From: a virus
Strand: one strand, 5' to 3'
Length of the DNA stretch: 64,000 nt
IMG/VR virus record: IMGVR_UViG_3300045988_181536
Coordinates: 32,001-96,000 of that record
The translations under genes were made by a program, and so were the position numbers. Positions 54,210 to 62,957 of this stretch are shown piece after piece. The notes beneath the pieces are model-generated. The model searched no databases. It was not told where the DNA came from and saw only the letters and a program-made list of their open reading frames with translations. How positions within the stretch are numbered: the stretch's first letter is position 1; every line of letters begins with the position of its first letter.

Positions 54210-54677
54210 ATGGAAGAAATCGGAGAAAATAAAATTAGGGTAACGGTGGATGTAGACGTTGATAAAATACGTTCCGATTTGATAAGAAATCTATCTGAAC
54301 AGTGGAATGAGGAAACACCAGAGTCAGAAGAAGAGATATATAATCGTGCAATAAAAAGTGCTAAATACTTCATCGATACAGAAGTCAAGAAAGCCATAGT
54401 TGAGGAGGCGAAGAAACAATTTTTTGAGAATCCAGAACTAAAAGAGTATCTTGCTACTTCCATAAAAAACAGGATAAAAGAAACCTTCTTTACGGAGTTT
54501 CTTACAGGATTGATGCCCTATCAACTGGAGAAGATGATAGAAAAGGGGTATCATAATCGCATTGGTGAGATATCACCAATAAATATTGTTTTTAGCGAAG
54601 AGGAGAGTGGAGGAGTTTTCAATGGAGCTTCTCGACCGCACGATGAAAGAGAACAAGGACGTTTTGGAACGGCTTAA
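54210..54677 (+). CDS. acidic coiled-coil protein
   Basis: 155 aa. The 3' end overlaps a shifted-frame copy of the MELL...VLERLK module. Confidence 0.4.
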   Translation: MEEIGENKIRVTVDVDVDKIRSDLIRNLSEQWNEETPESEEEIYNRAIKSAKYFIDTEVKKAIVEEAKKQFFENPELKEYLATSIKNRIKETFFTEFLTGLMPYQLEKMIEKGYHNRIGEISPINIVFSEEESGGVFNGASRPHDEREQGRFGTA

Positions 54678-54705
54678 ACAGGCAGAAAGCGAGAAAGAAT
54701 AGCCA

Positions 54706-55017
54706 ATGAAAACAAAACGCTGCCCATTCTGTGGAAGTAATGGTATATATACCAAACATTTGCCTATTGGTCTATATTGCGTAGCTTGTACAAAATGCGG
54801 AGCATCTTCAGGACCATTCCTTAACGAGGATGACGCAGAAGAAGCTTGGAACAAAAGGCAAGAGCAATTTAGTCTTAGCGATATGGAACTCCTAAGAGAT
54901 ATCGTTGAAGCTGAGTTAAAATCTGTTAAACGAGACAGTGAATATAGATGTTCATTACTAAGATTGTCTATTAAATGCATGGATGTTTTAAACGATTTAA
55001 ATGAAGGAGAATACTAA
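54706..55017 (+). CDS. Lar-family restriction alleviation protein
   Basis: KRCPFCGSNGIYTKHLPIGLYCVACTKCGASSGPF...DAEEAWNKRQE matches the Lar family pattern CPFCG...Y...C..CGA...EA..RWNKR (cf. E. coli Rac Lar KPCPFCG...YRAKCNGCESRTGYGGSEKEALERWNKR). Confidence 0.7.
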   Translation: MKTKRCPFCGSNGIYTKHLPIGLYCVACTKCGASSGPFLNEDDAEEAWNKRQEQFSLSDMELLRDIVEAELKSVKRDSEYRCSLLRLSIKCMDVLNDLNEGEY

Positions 55018-55408
55018 AATGAGCGTATACATATATAAAACCCAAAATAATCAAAAAGATGAGATAGTCCTCGAAGAACATGAAGAAATTATTGACTTCA
55101 TAGATTCGTGGTTTAGAAACCAAGTGTGCGCGGTAAGTGACCGTGACGCAGAACAAGTAAAAAACCATTTATTCTCTTCGAAGCTTTTGGACAAGCTAGA
55201 AAACGATTGCTGGGATGCTATGGGACAAAAGGAGTACGCAATAGTCATCTGGAATACACCTGCTTGGTTTATCCAAAATGAAGAGGATCTCTGCGGTTAC
55301 TATAACACTATGCTAAGAATAATCTTTGCTATAAAAAAATTGAGAAAAGCATATGGGAGTGACTGGGAGCACGCAAAGTTTATATTCGAAAGCGACGTTA
55401 CGAAATGA
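55001..55408 (+). CDS. hypothetical protein
   Basis: 135 aa. Confidence 0.4.
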   Translation: MKENTKMSVYIYKTQNNQKDEIVLEEHEEIIDFIDSWFRNQVCAVSDRDAEQVKNHLFSSKLLDKLENDCWDAMGQKEYAIVIWNTPAWFIQNEEDLCGYYNTMLRIIFAIKKLRKAYGSDWEHAKFIFESDVTK

Positions 55409-55953
55409 AACCCATACTAGATGTCTGTTGTGGCGGACGCATGTGGTGGTTTGATAAAAACGATGAACGTGCGGTGTTTATGGATAAGCGCACCTACGAG
55501 GGAACGTTATGTGATGGCAGACACTTTGAGGTAAAGCCAGATATCTTGGGAGATTTTACAAATATTCCATTTCCAGATGAAAGTTTTCACCTTGTAGTAT
55601 TTGACCCGCCACACTTGGAAAAGCTTGGAGAAACATCCTGGCTTTGTATTAAATATGGTAAGCTTCCAAGCGATTGGAAGGACAAACTAACAAAGGCATT
55701 TGAGGAATGCTTTCGGGTGCTAAAGCCTTTTGGAACATTAGTGTTTAAGTGGAACGAAGAGCAAATAAAGCTCAGTGAAATCTTAAAGCTTACTACAGCA
55801 AAACCTGTAGTTTTGCCTAAAAGATTTGAAAACCGTTATATCGTGGAAATCGATGGGGGCAATGGTTGGGCGTGTTTTATGTGTGCCCGTCCGATTGGGC
55901 GTCGGATAGAACCGCAAATCGACGGAGATATATATACTTGGGAGGAGAAATAA
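55405..55953 (+). CDS. small amino-methyltransferase (DPPH motif) fused to the paralog-family C-terminal module
   Basis: Motif I-like LDVCCGGRMWWF. Motif IV FHLVVFDPPHL, the (D/N)PP(Y/F/H) signature of N6-adenine / N4-cytosine / m2G methyltransferases. The last ~50 aa (GNGWACFMCARPIGRRIEPQIDGDIYTWEEK) are homologous to the C-termini of genes 55956, 61891, 62463 and 63117. Confidence 0.55.
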   Translation: MKPILDVCCGGRMWWFDKNDERAVFMDKRTYEGTLCDGRHFEVKPDILGDFTNIPFPDESFHLVVFDPPHLEKLGETSWLCIKYGKLPSDWKDKLTKAFEECFRVLKPFGTLVFKWNEEQIKLSEILKLTTAKPVVLPKRFENRYIVEIDGGNGWACFMCARPIGRRIEPQIDGDIYTWEEK

Positions 55954-55955
55954 AT

Positions 55956-56453
55956 ATGAATAAAAAACTAAAAATCCAATTCTGGAAAGCCGAGAAAGCT
56001 TTAGCAATGCAAATACTGGAACAGGAGGGTTTGCCGAAACGTAAAAACGAGGGAAACGTCCGCGTTTGGGACTACATTGCGCTCTTCAAAGAAGCTATAG
56101 TTTTAGGCGGAATAAATGAGTTCGATTTACATATTCCACACATTATATTCGACACCAACGCCGAGCGCGATGCCTATTTGGATAAAGTCATCAACGCAAT
56201 CACCGAGGAACTTTTCTCGGGCGAAGGCGAACTTAAAGTCGGGGAGATGTGCGAGGTTAGTGATGATGGTGTATCTTGGCACAAATATAGACTCTTAGCT
56301 ATATTGCCCGACCGTTATGAAATGAGATTCATTATAGAGAATGGAACACTGAGTTGGTGCACTTGCACATACGCTCGCCCTATTGTCAAGCGCATTGAGC
56401 CTACGCTCGATAAGCGTGGGAATGTCTTCACTTATACCTGGGAGGAAAAATAA
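55956..56453 (+). CDS. MQILEQEG/YTWEEK paralog family member 1
   Basis: Start at the GGAGGAGaaataaatATG site. KALAMQILEQEG...LLAILPDRYEMRF...CTYARPIVKRIEPTLDKRGNVFTYTWEEK. Confidence 0.5.
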   Translation: MNKKLKIQFWKAEKALAMQILEQEGLPKRKNEGNVRVWDYIALFKEAIVLGGINEFDLHIPHIIFDTNAERDAYLDKVINAITEELFSGEGELKVGEMCEVSDDGVSWHKYRLLAILPDRYEMRFIIENGTLSWCTCTYARPIVKRIEPTLDKRGNVFTYTWEEK

Positions 56454-56551
56454 GAAACTCCATAGCGGGTGTCGTAAGGTTACGGATAATCCTAATAATC
56501 AACAAAACAAAAATGCTTGAACTTTAAATTAAGATTTGCTGGCATTGAAAT

Positions 56552-57043
56552 ATGTCAACAAATCTTATGCCTAAAACAACTACTTTGCCTGCCGCGACTT
56601 CTGATTCAAACGGGGGATTTTTTGATATTGAAAAGTTGATTCGTACTGACGCTTTTTTCTTTGATAAGGTGGAAAAAGCCGTAAAGCATTTGATGAAAAT
56701 GCACGAGCAGCTAAAAGCTAACTATAGCGACCAAAATTTAAAATTATATAGGGAAGCTTTCTTTGACTATTTAAAGTTAACTCATTTTAGCATATCACCG
56801 CTATTGGGATATTATTATCCTAAGTATCCTTTAGGAACACCCCTGTCTTTAAAAGACTTTCCGTTTGCACATATATTTTATAATTTAAATATAGGTCCAT
56901 CATGTTCTACAGTATTTAGAGGAAGCCGACAGATTTCCAAATGCTGCACAGGGGATACCATATGCAGATTTAAAAATAAAAAAACAGGACAAGTAGTTAC
57001 TATGTCGCTGGAAGATTTCTTTAAAGAACAAAAAACAATTTAA
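56552..57043 (+). CDS. hypothetical protein
   Basis: 163 aa. Confidence 0.4.
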   Translation: MSTNLMPKTTTLPAATSDSNGGFFDIEKLIRTDAFFFDKVEKAVKHLMKMHEQLKANYSDQNLKLYREAFFDYLKLTHFSISPLLGYYYPKYPLGTPLSLKDFPFAHIFYNLNIGPSCSTVFRGSRQISKCCTGDTICRFKNKKTGQVVTMSLEDFFKEQKTI

Positions 57044-57053
57044 AAATTTCACA

Positions 57054-59246
57054 ATGCGAACTTTATTTCTTTTGAGAGGAGCCCCAGGAAGCGGCAAATC
57101 CACTTGGGTGAACCGCAATAACTTGGAACCTTATACTTTATGCGCTGATCAAATTCGCACGCTTATTCAATGTCCCGTGCTAAATCTCAACGGAACATTT
57201 TCCATATCGCAGAAAAATGACAAAGAAGTGTGGGAGTATTTGTTTCATTTATTGGAAACTCGAATGGCTCGTGGCGAAATGTTAATAATTGACGCCACGC
57301 ATTATAAGAAAGAATTGCTTAATAAGTATAAAAAACTTGTTAAAAATTATCGTTATAGAGTTTACGTGGTTGATTTTGTTTCAGGCATATCCATGGAAGA
57401 ATGCATGCGTAGAAATCAAAATCGCACGGGTTACAAGATTGTGCCTGACCATGTAATCCAAAAAATGTATTCGGTGTTTAATTCCGAATCTAAGCAAATT
57501 AGAAATGCTTTTACGACTATTTCTCCGGAAGATGCTGTTAAGCTTATCCAAAATACAAATGACCAAGTAAAAGATTTTAATTCTTGGGAAAAAATTTATA
57601 TTTTTGGGGACATCCATGGCTGTTTTGAACCAATAAAAAGTTTTTTTGAAAAATATCCTTATGATGAAAAAGCCTTTTATATCTTTTTAGGCGACTACTT
57701 AGATAGGGGTTTGCAAAATAAGGAAGTATTGGAATGGGCTATAGAATTTGCCGAACATCCAAATTGTTTATTTTTGGAAGGAAACCATGAGAGATGGTTA
57801 AAGCTTTACGCCTCTAAAGATTCCGAGGATCAAAACTTAATAGCTTCTCGTGTGTTCTTAAAAAATACCATACCTCAAATTAAGGATATTGATCCCGTTA
57901 AAATTCGATCTTTTTGCTACAAACTTGCGCAAATGGCACTATTTTCTTATGGTAAACATACGACATGGTTTTGTTGTCATGGAGGGATGCCTGTATTGCC
58001 AAGTCTGCCAATTGCGGCCATAGAAATGATTCATGGTACGGGCAAATATGAAGACATAGATGAAGTGCATAAAGAATTTGAGCGTAGATACGGCAACTTA
58101 AATATCTATCAAGTTCATGGGCATAGAAATGTATACAAAGATGTCTTTAACGCTGACAAAAGTGTTTTTAATTTAAATTCTGCAGTCGAATACGGAGAAG
58201 ATTTGCGTATTTTAAAACTTGCGTTGCAAGAGGACGGATCGGTTACCAAAGAGCTTATAGAAGAACCAAATCCAGTGCATCTCACAGAATCAAACAAGGT
58301 GCGCAGGTTGTATGATAATGAAATAAACAACGACATTATTAAACAACTCTGTGATAATCCGAGTATTATTAAAATTCAATTGGATGACGGAATTATATCT
58401 TATAAATATGATTCAAAATTGTTTTTCTCAAAACAATGGACAGATCTAAATGTTATCGCCAGGGGATTTTTCTGTCGTAAAGATAAAATCATTTGTCGCA
58501 GTTATAATAAATTCTTTAATTATCAGGAACGGATAGAAACATCCCCAAAAGAACTTTGCAAAACATTGCAATTTCCTGTGAGCAAATTTCAGAAAGAAAA
58601 CGGATTCTTGGGATTGGTAAGTTGGGATGCCGAAATGGATAAGGCGTTTATTGCATCTAAATCAACCAATCAAGGCGAATACGCTCAAATGGTTCGTGAT
58701 CGATTTTATGCTTATGACTCATGGAATGAAATGTTAAATTACGCCAAAGAACATAACGTTACATTAATTTTTGAAGTCATAGAGCCGGAAAAAGATCCGC
58801 ATATTATCGAGTATGCACAACCGCATTTAGTGCTGCTGGATATTGTCGAAAACACAATGGAAGGAAAATTGCTTGAATATGATAAACTTAAAGAACTTGC
58901 CAATTCTTGGAACATCCCTTGTAAAATCTTGGAGCATGTTTACAATAACTGGGAAGAGCTTTGGGAAGATCTAAAGCAATTAGAGCATGAAAAAGATTTA
59001 AAGATCGAAGGCTTTGTTTTTCGAGACATCAATAATTATCAGTTTAAGTTTAAAACAAACTATTATAAACGTTGGAAATCGTTTCGCAGCTTAAAAGACA
59101 AATATGCGCGTTCAAAAGATCAAATGAGACAAGTATTTGTTGATAAAGAAGAAACGGATTTTTTCCTTTGGTTGAATACCCAACCTAAAGAATATGTCAG
59201 CAAAACTGATATTATTACTTTGAGACAAAAATTCTTATCTAATTAG
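57054..59246 (+). CDS. Pnkp-like trifunctional polynucleotide kinase / 2',3'-phosphatase (metallophosphoesterase) / RNA ligase-like adenylyltransferase
   Basis: N-terminal P-loop LLRGAPGSGKST. Central calcineurin-like motifs IYIFGDIHGC, FLGDYLDRG, LEGNHE, CHGGMP, VHGHRN. C-terminal nucleotidyltransferase motif I KENGFLG (KxNG) with downstream EGFVFRD and KFKTNYYKRWK motifs. Hairpin terminator after the stop. Confidence 0.7.
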   Translation: MRTLFLLRGAPGSGKSTWVNRNNLEPYTLCADQIRTLIQCPVLNLNGTFSISQKNDKEVWEYLFHLLETRMARGEMLIIDATHYKKELLNKYKKLVKNYRYRVYVVDFVSGISMEECMRRNQNRTGYKIVPDHVIQKMYSVFNSESKQIRNAFTTISPEDAVKLIQNTNDQVKDFNSWEKIYIFGDIHGCFEPIKSFFEKYPYDEKAFYIFLGDYLDRGLQNKEVLEWAIEFAEHPNCLFLEGNHERWLKLYASKDSEDQNLIASRVFLKNTIPQIKDIDPVKIRSFCYKLAQMALFSYGKHTTWFCCHGGMPVLPSLPIAAIEMIHGTGKYEDIDEVHKEFERRYGNLNIYQVHGHRNVYKDVFNADKSVFNLNSAVEYGEDLRILKLALQEDGSVTKELIEEPNPVHLTESNKVRRLYDNEINNDIIKQLCDNPSIIKIQLDDGIISYKYDSKLFFSKQWTDLNVIARGFFCRKDKIICRSYNKFFNYQERIETSPKELCKTLQFPVSKFQKENGFLGLVSWDAEMDKAFIASKSTNQGEYAQMVRDRFYAYDSWNEMLNYAKEHNVTLIFEVIEPEKDPHIIEYAQPHLVLLDIVENTMEGKLLEYDKLKELANSWNIPCKILEHVYNNWEELWEDLKQLEHEKDLKIEGFVFRDINNYQFKFKTNYYKRWKSFRSLKDKYARSKDQMRQVFVDKEETDFFLWLNTQPKEYVSKTDIITLRQKFLSN

Positions 59247-59256
59247 AAAACTTTAA

Positions 59257-59293
59257 CTATGCTCGCTTTTACATTTAAAGCGAGCATAGTTTT
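59257..59293 (+). terminator. rho-independent terminator
   Basis: aactatgctcgctttacatttaaagcgagcatagtt followed by tttc. 15-bp stem. Confidence 0.6.
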
Positions 59294-59322
59294 TCAATCC
59301 CCTATTATCAAAGGCATAAATA

Positions 59323-59640
59323 ATGTATACAATTCCAACACTGATAATTCTTAGCATAATTTATTTTGTTTATATTCACAAACAAAAATCCAAAGGTGTA
59401 ATTTCATACTACGAAGCTGACCACAAAGAGATAACTTGTGTACTCGTTTGCACGATGATTTTCTTCATAATGGTGATAGGAAGATTAGCGTACATTAGAT
59501 TTCATAGTGTTTATCACCCATGTGAGGGATGCAGATTTCAATCATTTGTCAACATTTATTATAATGCAGACGGTAAACGTATAGAAGAAAAAGACATTGT
59601 ATTTAAAAAATGCGTAAATTTGCCATTTTATAAATTTTAA
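59323..59640 (+). CDS. small membrane protein
   Basis: Two hydrophobic helices (IPTLIILSIIYFVYI; VLVCTMIFFIMVIGRLAYI). Confidence 0.4.
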   Translation: MYTIPTLIILSIIYFVYIHKQKSKGVISYYEADHKEITCVLVCTMIFFIMVIGRLAYIRFHSVYHPCEGCRFQSFVNIYYNADGKRIEEKDIVFKKCVNLPFYKF

Positions 59641-59652
59641 AAAATTTTATCC

Positions 59653-60024
59653 ATGACACGAACATCAAAATTAGCGGAAACAAAACAAAAACTTAAAGAA
59701 GCATTAGAAGGCTATATCAAAGCTAAAGAGCAAGTTGCTAAAGCTTCACAATTTAATTTTTCCCAAGAAGAACGATTTGAACAGATCCGAAACTTTAAAT
59801 CAAAATTTCGATGTCAATCCACATTTAAGTCAAACAGCCAAGAATTGGAAGATTATAGAGACGAATTTTCCAGCCTATCTGCATTATTTGCTGTGAGATT
59901 TGTTCGAGAGAAATCCTCGGAAGATGTGCAAGTTGAATTATATATGGAAGATGACGGACTTTACTCAAAAATTGCAGATTTTAATGTATGTTGGCTCCCA
60001 GATTTAATTAAATGCCTAAGCTAA
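59653..60024 (+). CDS. hypothetical protein
   Basis: 123 aa. Confidence 0.4.
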   Translation: MTRTSKLAETKQKLKEALEGYIKAKEQVAKASQFNFSQEERFEQIRNFKSKFRCQSTFKSNSQELEDYRDEFSSLSALFAVRFVREKSSEDVQVELYMEDDGLYSKIADFNVCWLPDLIKCLS

Positions 60025-60055
60025 GCGAAAAAATTTTTAAAGGAGAGATACAAAA

Positions 60056-60415
60056 ATGCCATTCTATGTTTTTCTAAATGATGCACTTACATTAATTTTA
60101 GTGCCTTATATTAAGGCATTACTTGGGATAAATTCTGAAGATGACCTCAACATAGAAATCGATACGGAACCTACACATCCTTATTACAGTGTTATAACGG
60201 TTAAAACATCAATTATGCCTGAAAATATACAAGAAATAAGATATATAGGTCGGATAACAGGAGCGATTGTAGAAAAAGAAACTAATAATGTTTTCGTATA
60301 TACTGGTTTTGATTTAAAGAAAGATGTTTCAGAAATAAACTATTGTTTCAAATTAAACAATATGCCAAATATTCGCGGTAATCCATTAACCATAAAATTT
60401 TTAAAAGATGAATAA
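60056..60415 (+). CDS. hypothetical protein
   Basis: 119 aa. SD aaaggagagatacaaaaATG. Confidence 0.4.
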   Translation: MPFYVFLNDALTLILVPYIKALLGINSEDDLNIEIDTEPTHPYYSVITVKTSIMPENIQEIRYIGRITGAIVEKETNNVFVYTGFDLKKDVSEINYCFKLNNMPNIRGNPLTIKFLKDE

Positions 60416-60644
60416 TAAAATAGATTGGAGATATATTAGAACACAACTCGCCAATAGCCTTAGTAACGAAAAAATTTGGAGCTTGGCGTGCGCAATTTCT
60501 TCCGAACCGAATGTACACGCAGAAAATTGCCAAAAATTAGAGCAAGCAATTGCCGACATAGATAGTGGTAGTTACGAGGATTTTGTACAAAAATTTCCGG
60601 AATATTTAGGGCTTGACCCTGCGACTGTGGTGAGTCATAGTTAA
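60408..60644 (+). CDS. hypothetical small protein
   Basis: 78 aa. Confidence 0.35.
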   Translation: MNNKIDWRYIRTQLANSLSNEKIWSLACAISSEPNVHAENCQKLEQAIADIDSGSYEDFVQKFPEYLGLDPATVVSHS

Positions 60645-60821
60645 ATTTCAAAATGGCTACCAGAAAACAAAACATGTCCAGCACGTATTTTTTGGAAAAC
60701 GCAAAAGTTATTTCCAAGGAAACTAATCCAAATATCTACTCCCGTGCCAGGCTAAGAGATATCTATCGCAAATACGATACTGCTAAATATCGTAGAGGTA
60801 GCCCTACAATTAAAGCAAAAG

Positions 60822-61433
60822 ATGCCTGAAGAACAGAAAGTTACTGTTAAATCCAAAGATTTAATTTTGGATATCCATTTGAATTTAAAAACTGCCAATA
60901 ATAAAAAGGTAGTTGCTGTGGAGCATAATATTCCGCTTACGGCAATATTAGAACCTATGTTTATAAAAGACGGCGCCAAAAAGATTGAGCAAATAGTAAA
61001 TATGCTAGGCGTTGAAGTTTTTAATACTATGGTTCGGGATTTCTTCCTTAATAAAGTTGAAGACATGCATAAAACGCAAAACTTTATTGAGCATAAGACA
61101 TTGATTGATACTATTCAAGATAACCAGTCTATAATTGAAATCAACAATGCTGATGGTTCTAAGGAACAAAAAGTTCTTGTAAAACCCGTGATTAGCGAAG
61201 AAACCAATCTTATTGTCGAGTTGGAAGAAACTGCAAATGAAGTACCTGATGAGTATCAATTAAATGACGGAGAAGAAAATTTGATTCCGGACATTGAAAT
61301 GACGGAACAACAGTTAACAGAAGTAAAACCGCCGGAATCAAAACCAAAACCGCCTAACGTTGTAACTAATGCGGCGTTAGGCGGAATAGTTGACAATAGT
61401 AGTAGACCATTGCCAAAAGTTCGACTTTCTTAA
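60822..61433 (+). CDS. hypothetical acidic protein
   Basis: 203 aa. Confidence 0.4.
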   Translation: MPEEQKVTVKSKDLILDIHLNLKTANNKKVVAVEHNIPLTAILEPMFIKDGAKKIEQIVNMLGVEVFNTMVRDFFLNKVEDMHKTQNFIEHKTLIDTIQDNQSIIEINNADGSKEQKVLVKPVISEETNLIVELEETANEVPDEYQLNDGEENLIPDIEMTEQQLTEVKPPESKPKPPNVVTNAALGGIVDNSSRPLPKVRLS

Positions 61434-61492
61434 ACATTAAAACAATTTAACCCAAACTCCGACAAACCGTCGGAGTTTAATTTTTTACCAAC

Positions 61493-61789
61493 ATGCCTAT
61501 ACTAACCAGCCAATTGCCAACTTTGTATAAAAACGACTATTGCGTATTAAAGGGACAATTTTTTCGTCCAAATGAAGCGTTTCCTTCTAATACCATGCAA
61601 ACGGCTTTAATTGTAAAAATTATAGATCCATCCAATATAAAAATGTTTGAAGGCAGAAAATACGTGAAATGTGCACCTTTGGAAACATCAAACGGTTTTT
61701 ACTATGCTTCAGTCAAAGACTTAACCAGGATATCTAAAAGACAACAAAATTGTCTTGATGAATATTTTTATAATATAGGGGACGATTAA
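61493..61789 (+). CDS. hypothetical protein
   Basis: 98 aa. Confidence 0.4.
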   Translation: MPILTSQLPTLYKNDYCVLKGQFFRPNEAFPSNTMQTALIVKIIDPSNIKMFEGRKYVKCAPLETSNGFYYASVKDLTRISKRQQNCLDEYFYNIGDD

Positions 61790-61890
61790 AATAAATTCAA
61801 ATGTTCCGTATGCCGTTTTTGCTTCAAAAGACAAAGCCGATTTAGTTATTAAATTGTTAAATTATTAAACACAAAGAAACCCTGACAACT

Positions 61891-62454
61891 ATGCTCTCTA
61901 AACCCCAAAAACGATTAGAACTTAAGATTGCATGTTTTAAGGATACTGTGCTTGCAATGCAAATTCTTAGGCACGCAAACATACGTGAAAGTTCTAAACA
62001 TCTAAAAGTTACCAAAATTCCAGGACTTGCAACACCTGATGTACAGCTTGTCCATAACATAAATGAATTAGAAATCGACGAAAACGATTATAGTTATAAT
62101 CCCGTTTTTAATCTACATTTAATAAAGTTTACTAGCACTTTACACCGTAGAAACTACATAGATAATTTTATCTTTTGGTTAAGCAAAGAACAATTCAGTT
62201 TGAATGAACCTGGGAAATTAGAAGTCGGCAAACCTTGCTTGGTTCGGTATGAAGGTAAGCCTTACTGGGTAAAGGAGATTCTTCTTGCTATGCTGCCTGA
62301 AAGTAAATGTGACCGTTTTATTACGTGTGATCGTTTGGATTCATGGCGTTGGGAATCCTGGAGTGAGGACCACATTATGCCAATAAATTGCATTGATCCA
62401 AAAATATATCCGGGTAATAGATACGTTTGGGAGATGGACTTAAAAACTGAATAA
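61891..62454 (+). CDS. MQILEQEG/YTWEEK paralog family member 2 (divergent)
   Basis: VLAMQILRHAN...KEILLAMLPESKCDRF... Confidence 0.45.
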   Translation: MLSKPQKRLELKIACFKDTVLAMQILRHANIRESSKHLKVTKIPGLATPDVQLVHNINELEIDENDYSYNPVFNLHLIKFTSTLHRRNYIDNFIFWLSKEQFSLNEPGKLEVGKPCLVRYEGKPYWVKEILLAMLPESKCDRFITCDRLDSWRWESWSEDHIMPINCIDPKIYPGNRYVWEMDLKTE

Positions 62455-62462
62455 TATCAACT

Positions 62463-62957
62463 ATGCAGAAGAAATTACATTTGAAACTGATAAAACTTAA
62501 ACGGGCCCTTGTAATGCAGGTATTAGAGCAAGAGGGAGAGTTTGAACCCTCGGAGCATGTTGACACAGTTCTAACCCCCGGATTAAGTTGTGATAGGATT
62601 TATCTTAGAGGAAGTCGTCAAGATCGTGATTTGGAACCAAATATAATGACTTTTGATACTGATGTTCAACGTGATGTATACCTAGACAAAGTTATCAATT
62701 GGATCACTAATGAACAGTTTAAACTGGAATCAAAAGAGCTCCAAGTAGGTGAAATATGCGAAACCAAATATTCCTTTTCAGACGTATGGGAACAACACAG
62801 ATTGTTAGCCATACTACCTAAGAAATGTTTTAATAGGTACATAACGACCTATAATAATTCTCAAGGTTGGTTAGCTTGGGAGCAAGCAAGACCTTTGGTC
62901 AGATACATTAAACCAAAAATTAGTAATAATATATACAAGTGGGAGATGTCTTTTTAA
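62463..62957 (+). CDS. MQILEQEG/YTWEEK paralog family member 3
   Basis: RALVMQVLEQEGEFEPSEH...HRLLAILPKKCFNRY...ARPLVRYIKPKISNNIYKWEMSF. Confidence 0.5.
   Translation: MQKKLHLKLIKLKRALVMQVLEQEGEFEPSEHVDTVLTPGLSCDRIYLRGSRQDRDLEPNIMTFDTDVQRDVYLDKVINWITNEQFKLESKELQVGEICETKYSFSDVWEQHRLLAILPKKCFNRYITTYNNSQGWLAWEQARPLVRYIKPKISNNIYKWEMSF

Noticed and set aside
55866-55955. Track start at 55866 for the paralog gene (MGVFYVCPSDW...), overlapping the methyltransferase by 88 nt
   Set aside because: A strong GGAGGAG SD precedes the ATG at 55956, and the conserved family N-terminus (MNKKLKIQFW...ALAMQILEQEG) begins there. The upstream extension is in the MTase coding region.
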